A DNA stretch of 64,000 bases from Deinococcota bacterium (GTDB lineage Bacteria; Deinococcota; Deinococci; Deinococcales; Thermaceae): contig JBGFSB010000024.1 of NCBI GenBank assembly GCA_041694855.1, positions 1 to 64,000 on the forward strand, read 5' to 3'. The notes below the pieces were generated by a model. It did no database searches. It was not told the origin of the DNA and saw only the letters and a program-made list of their open reading frames with translations. Each line of letters opens with the position of its first letter. The stretch's first letter is position 1. The position numbers were made by a program, and so were the translations under genes. Below, piece after piece: positions 62,768 to 64,000 of the stretch.

Positions 62768-62797
62768 CTTGCCAATTGCGGCTCGCAGGTTAAGCAA

Positions 62798-63331
62798 ATG
62801 TTAGGCATCGGATTTTCCACCGGGAGGACTCACACAGTGCTAACACCCGAAGACCGCTTAACCGCTCTAGGCTTGGTACTTCCTCAGCCGCTGAAACTGC
62901 CTCGAGGGGTCACGCTTCCGTTTCCCTGGGTTCGTATCGTGGGGTCACGGGCCGTCATCTCCGGCCACGGTCCCACTCACGCCGATGGGAGCCTGGCAGA
63001 GCCGCTTGGCAAGGTCGGGCTGGATCTCACCGAAGACCAGGCCTATGTCGCAGCGCGCCTAACGGGACTCGCCATTCTGGGCAGCCTGAAACGCGAACTC
63101 GGCTCGCTTTCACGCATTTTATGCTGGACGCGGGTCTTCGGAATGGTTAATTCTGCTCCGGGCTTTACTCGCCAGCCAGCAGTCATTAACGGGTTTACCG
63201 ATCTGATCGTGGATGTATTCGGGAAGGAACGCGGCGCCCACGCACGAAGTGCGGTTGGTCTTGCCGAGTTGCCCTTTCGCATCCCGGTAGAGATAGAAGC
63301 CGAGGTTGAGCTGGTGTCGCCCGATGACTAA
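62798..63331 (+). CDS. RidA/YjgF/L-PSP family protein
   Basis: C-terminal conserved RSAVGLAELP ... VEIE motif of Rid family. Confidence 0.8.
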   Translation: MLGIGFSTGRTHTVLTPEDRLTALGLVLPQPLKLPRGVTLPFPWVRIVGSRAVISGHGPTHADGSLAEPLGKVGLDLTEDQAYVAARLTGLAILGSLKRELGSLSRILCWTRVFGMVNSAPGFTRQPAVINGFTDLIVDVFGKERGAHARSAVGLAELPFRIPVEIEAEVELVSPDD

Positions 63332-63553
63332 CCATTCGCTCAACCAGCGCACCGCAAGGGGCCGGTTGGCTCAAACGTTCGGCCTATACTATGCCCGACA
63401 GGCTGTTCAGTTTTGGTCGCGTTTCGTACAATGAACCCTACCGTAGGACGATGGAATCAGTGAACGGTATGATCCACGCCATTCAACCATCGTGGCTGTT
63501 ACTTAATACTGCGCCCACGTTAGAACCCAACGCCAGTTGACAGGAGGATCTCC

Positions 63554-64000
63554 GTGAATTTGAAGCAGTTCCCCCGCTATCCTTTGACCTTTGGCCCGAC
63601 CCCCATCCACCCCTTGAAACGCCTGAGCGCGCATCTTGGCGGGAAGGTTGAGATTTTTGCAAAACGTGACGACTGCAACAGCGGTCTGGCTTTTGGCGGC
63701 AACAAGACGCGGAAACTGGAGTATCTGGTGCCGGACGCACTCGCCCAGGGCTGCGATACCCTGGTAACCATCGGGGGCATCCAGTCGAACCACACCCGGC
63801 AGGTGGCCGCGGTCGCCGCGCATCTGGGGATGCGATGCGTCACGGTTCAGGAAAACTGGGTCAACTACTCCGATGCGGTGTATGACCGGGTGGGCAACAT
63901 TATGTTGTCGCGCATGATGGGGGCTGATGTGCGGCTGGTCAACGAAGGTTTCGGCATCGAATTTAAGCAGAGCTGGGAGCAAGCCCTGGGGGATGTGCGA
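63554..64000 (+). CDS. acdS: 1-aminocyclopropane-1-carboxylate deaminase / D-cysteine desulfhydrase family, 5' part (runs off window)
   Basis: GTG start; near-collinear match to AcdS N-terminus ([18 protein letters not shown] ... [22 protein letters not shown] ... [20 protein letters not shown]); absent from ORF track because no stop in window. Confidence 0.88.
   Translation, partial: MNLKQFPRYPLTFGPTPIHPLKRLSAHLGGKVEIFAKRDDCNSGLAFGGNKTRKLEYLVPDALAQGCDTLVTIGGIQSNHTRQVAAVAAHLGMRCVTVQENWVNYSDAVYDRVGNIMLSRMMGADVRLVNEGFGIEFKQSWEQALGDVR

Overview
High-GC (~60-65%) bacterial chromosomal segment with gene content typical of a Thermus/Meiothermus-like (Deinococcus-Thermus) organism; the assignment is inferred from gene content and order, not verified. 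Conserved housekeeping blocks are: an arginine cluster (argG, a DinB_2-GNAT fusion, argH, a short GNAT acetyltransferase, carA); a Liv-type ABC uptake operon with an embedded acyl-CoA synthetase; Asp23-nusB-folD; accD-accA; a bactofilin flanked by two M23 peptidases; PNP-anmK; recG; an M16 peptidase pair; PhzF-cupin; RidA; and a 5'-partial ACC deaminase at the window end. Accessory or atypical content is: (i) a low-GC 5' region (1-1150) with two hairpins, a 24-codon ORF behind a strong SD, and an unknown 246-aa protein translationally coupled to an ABC exporter, followed by a decayed MFS gene; (ii) a 1114-aa GGDEF, degenerate AAA, NB-ARC, TPR STAND protein; (iii) an orphan small ParA-like ATPase beside a flotillin/NfeD operon; (iv) a strongly AT-rich three-to-four gene island (60.1-62.8 kb) of unknown function containing a membrane-anchored alpha/beta hydrolase; (v) several dispersed intergenic repeat families (a GTCATTCTGAG/CGAAGG family, a MITE-like 153-bp unit, two paired conserved intergenic elements), a 3x39-bp tandem repeat and a (GGGGTCA)4 G-quadruplex motif inside the accD-accA operon. 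No tRNA, rRNA or CRISPR array was found.
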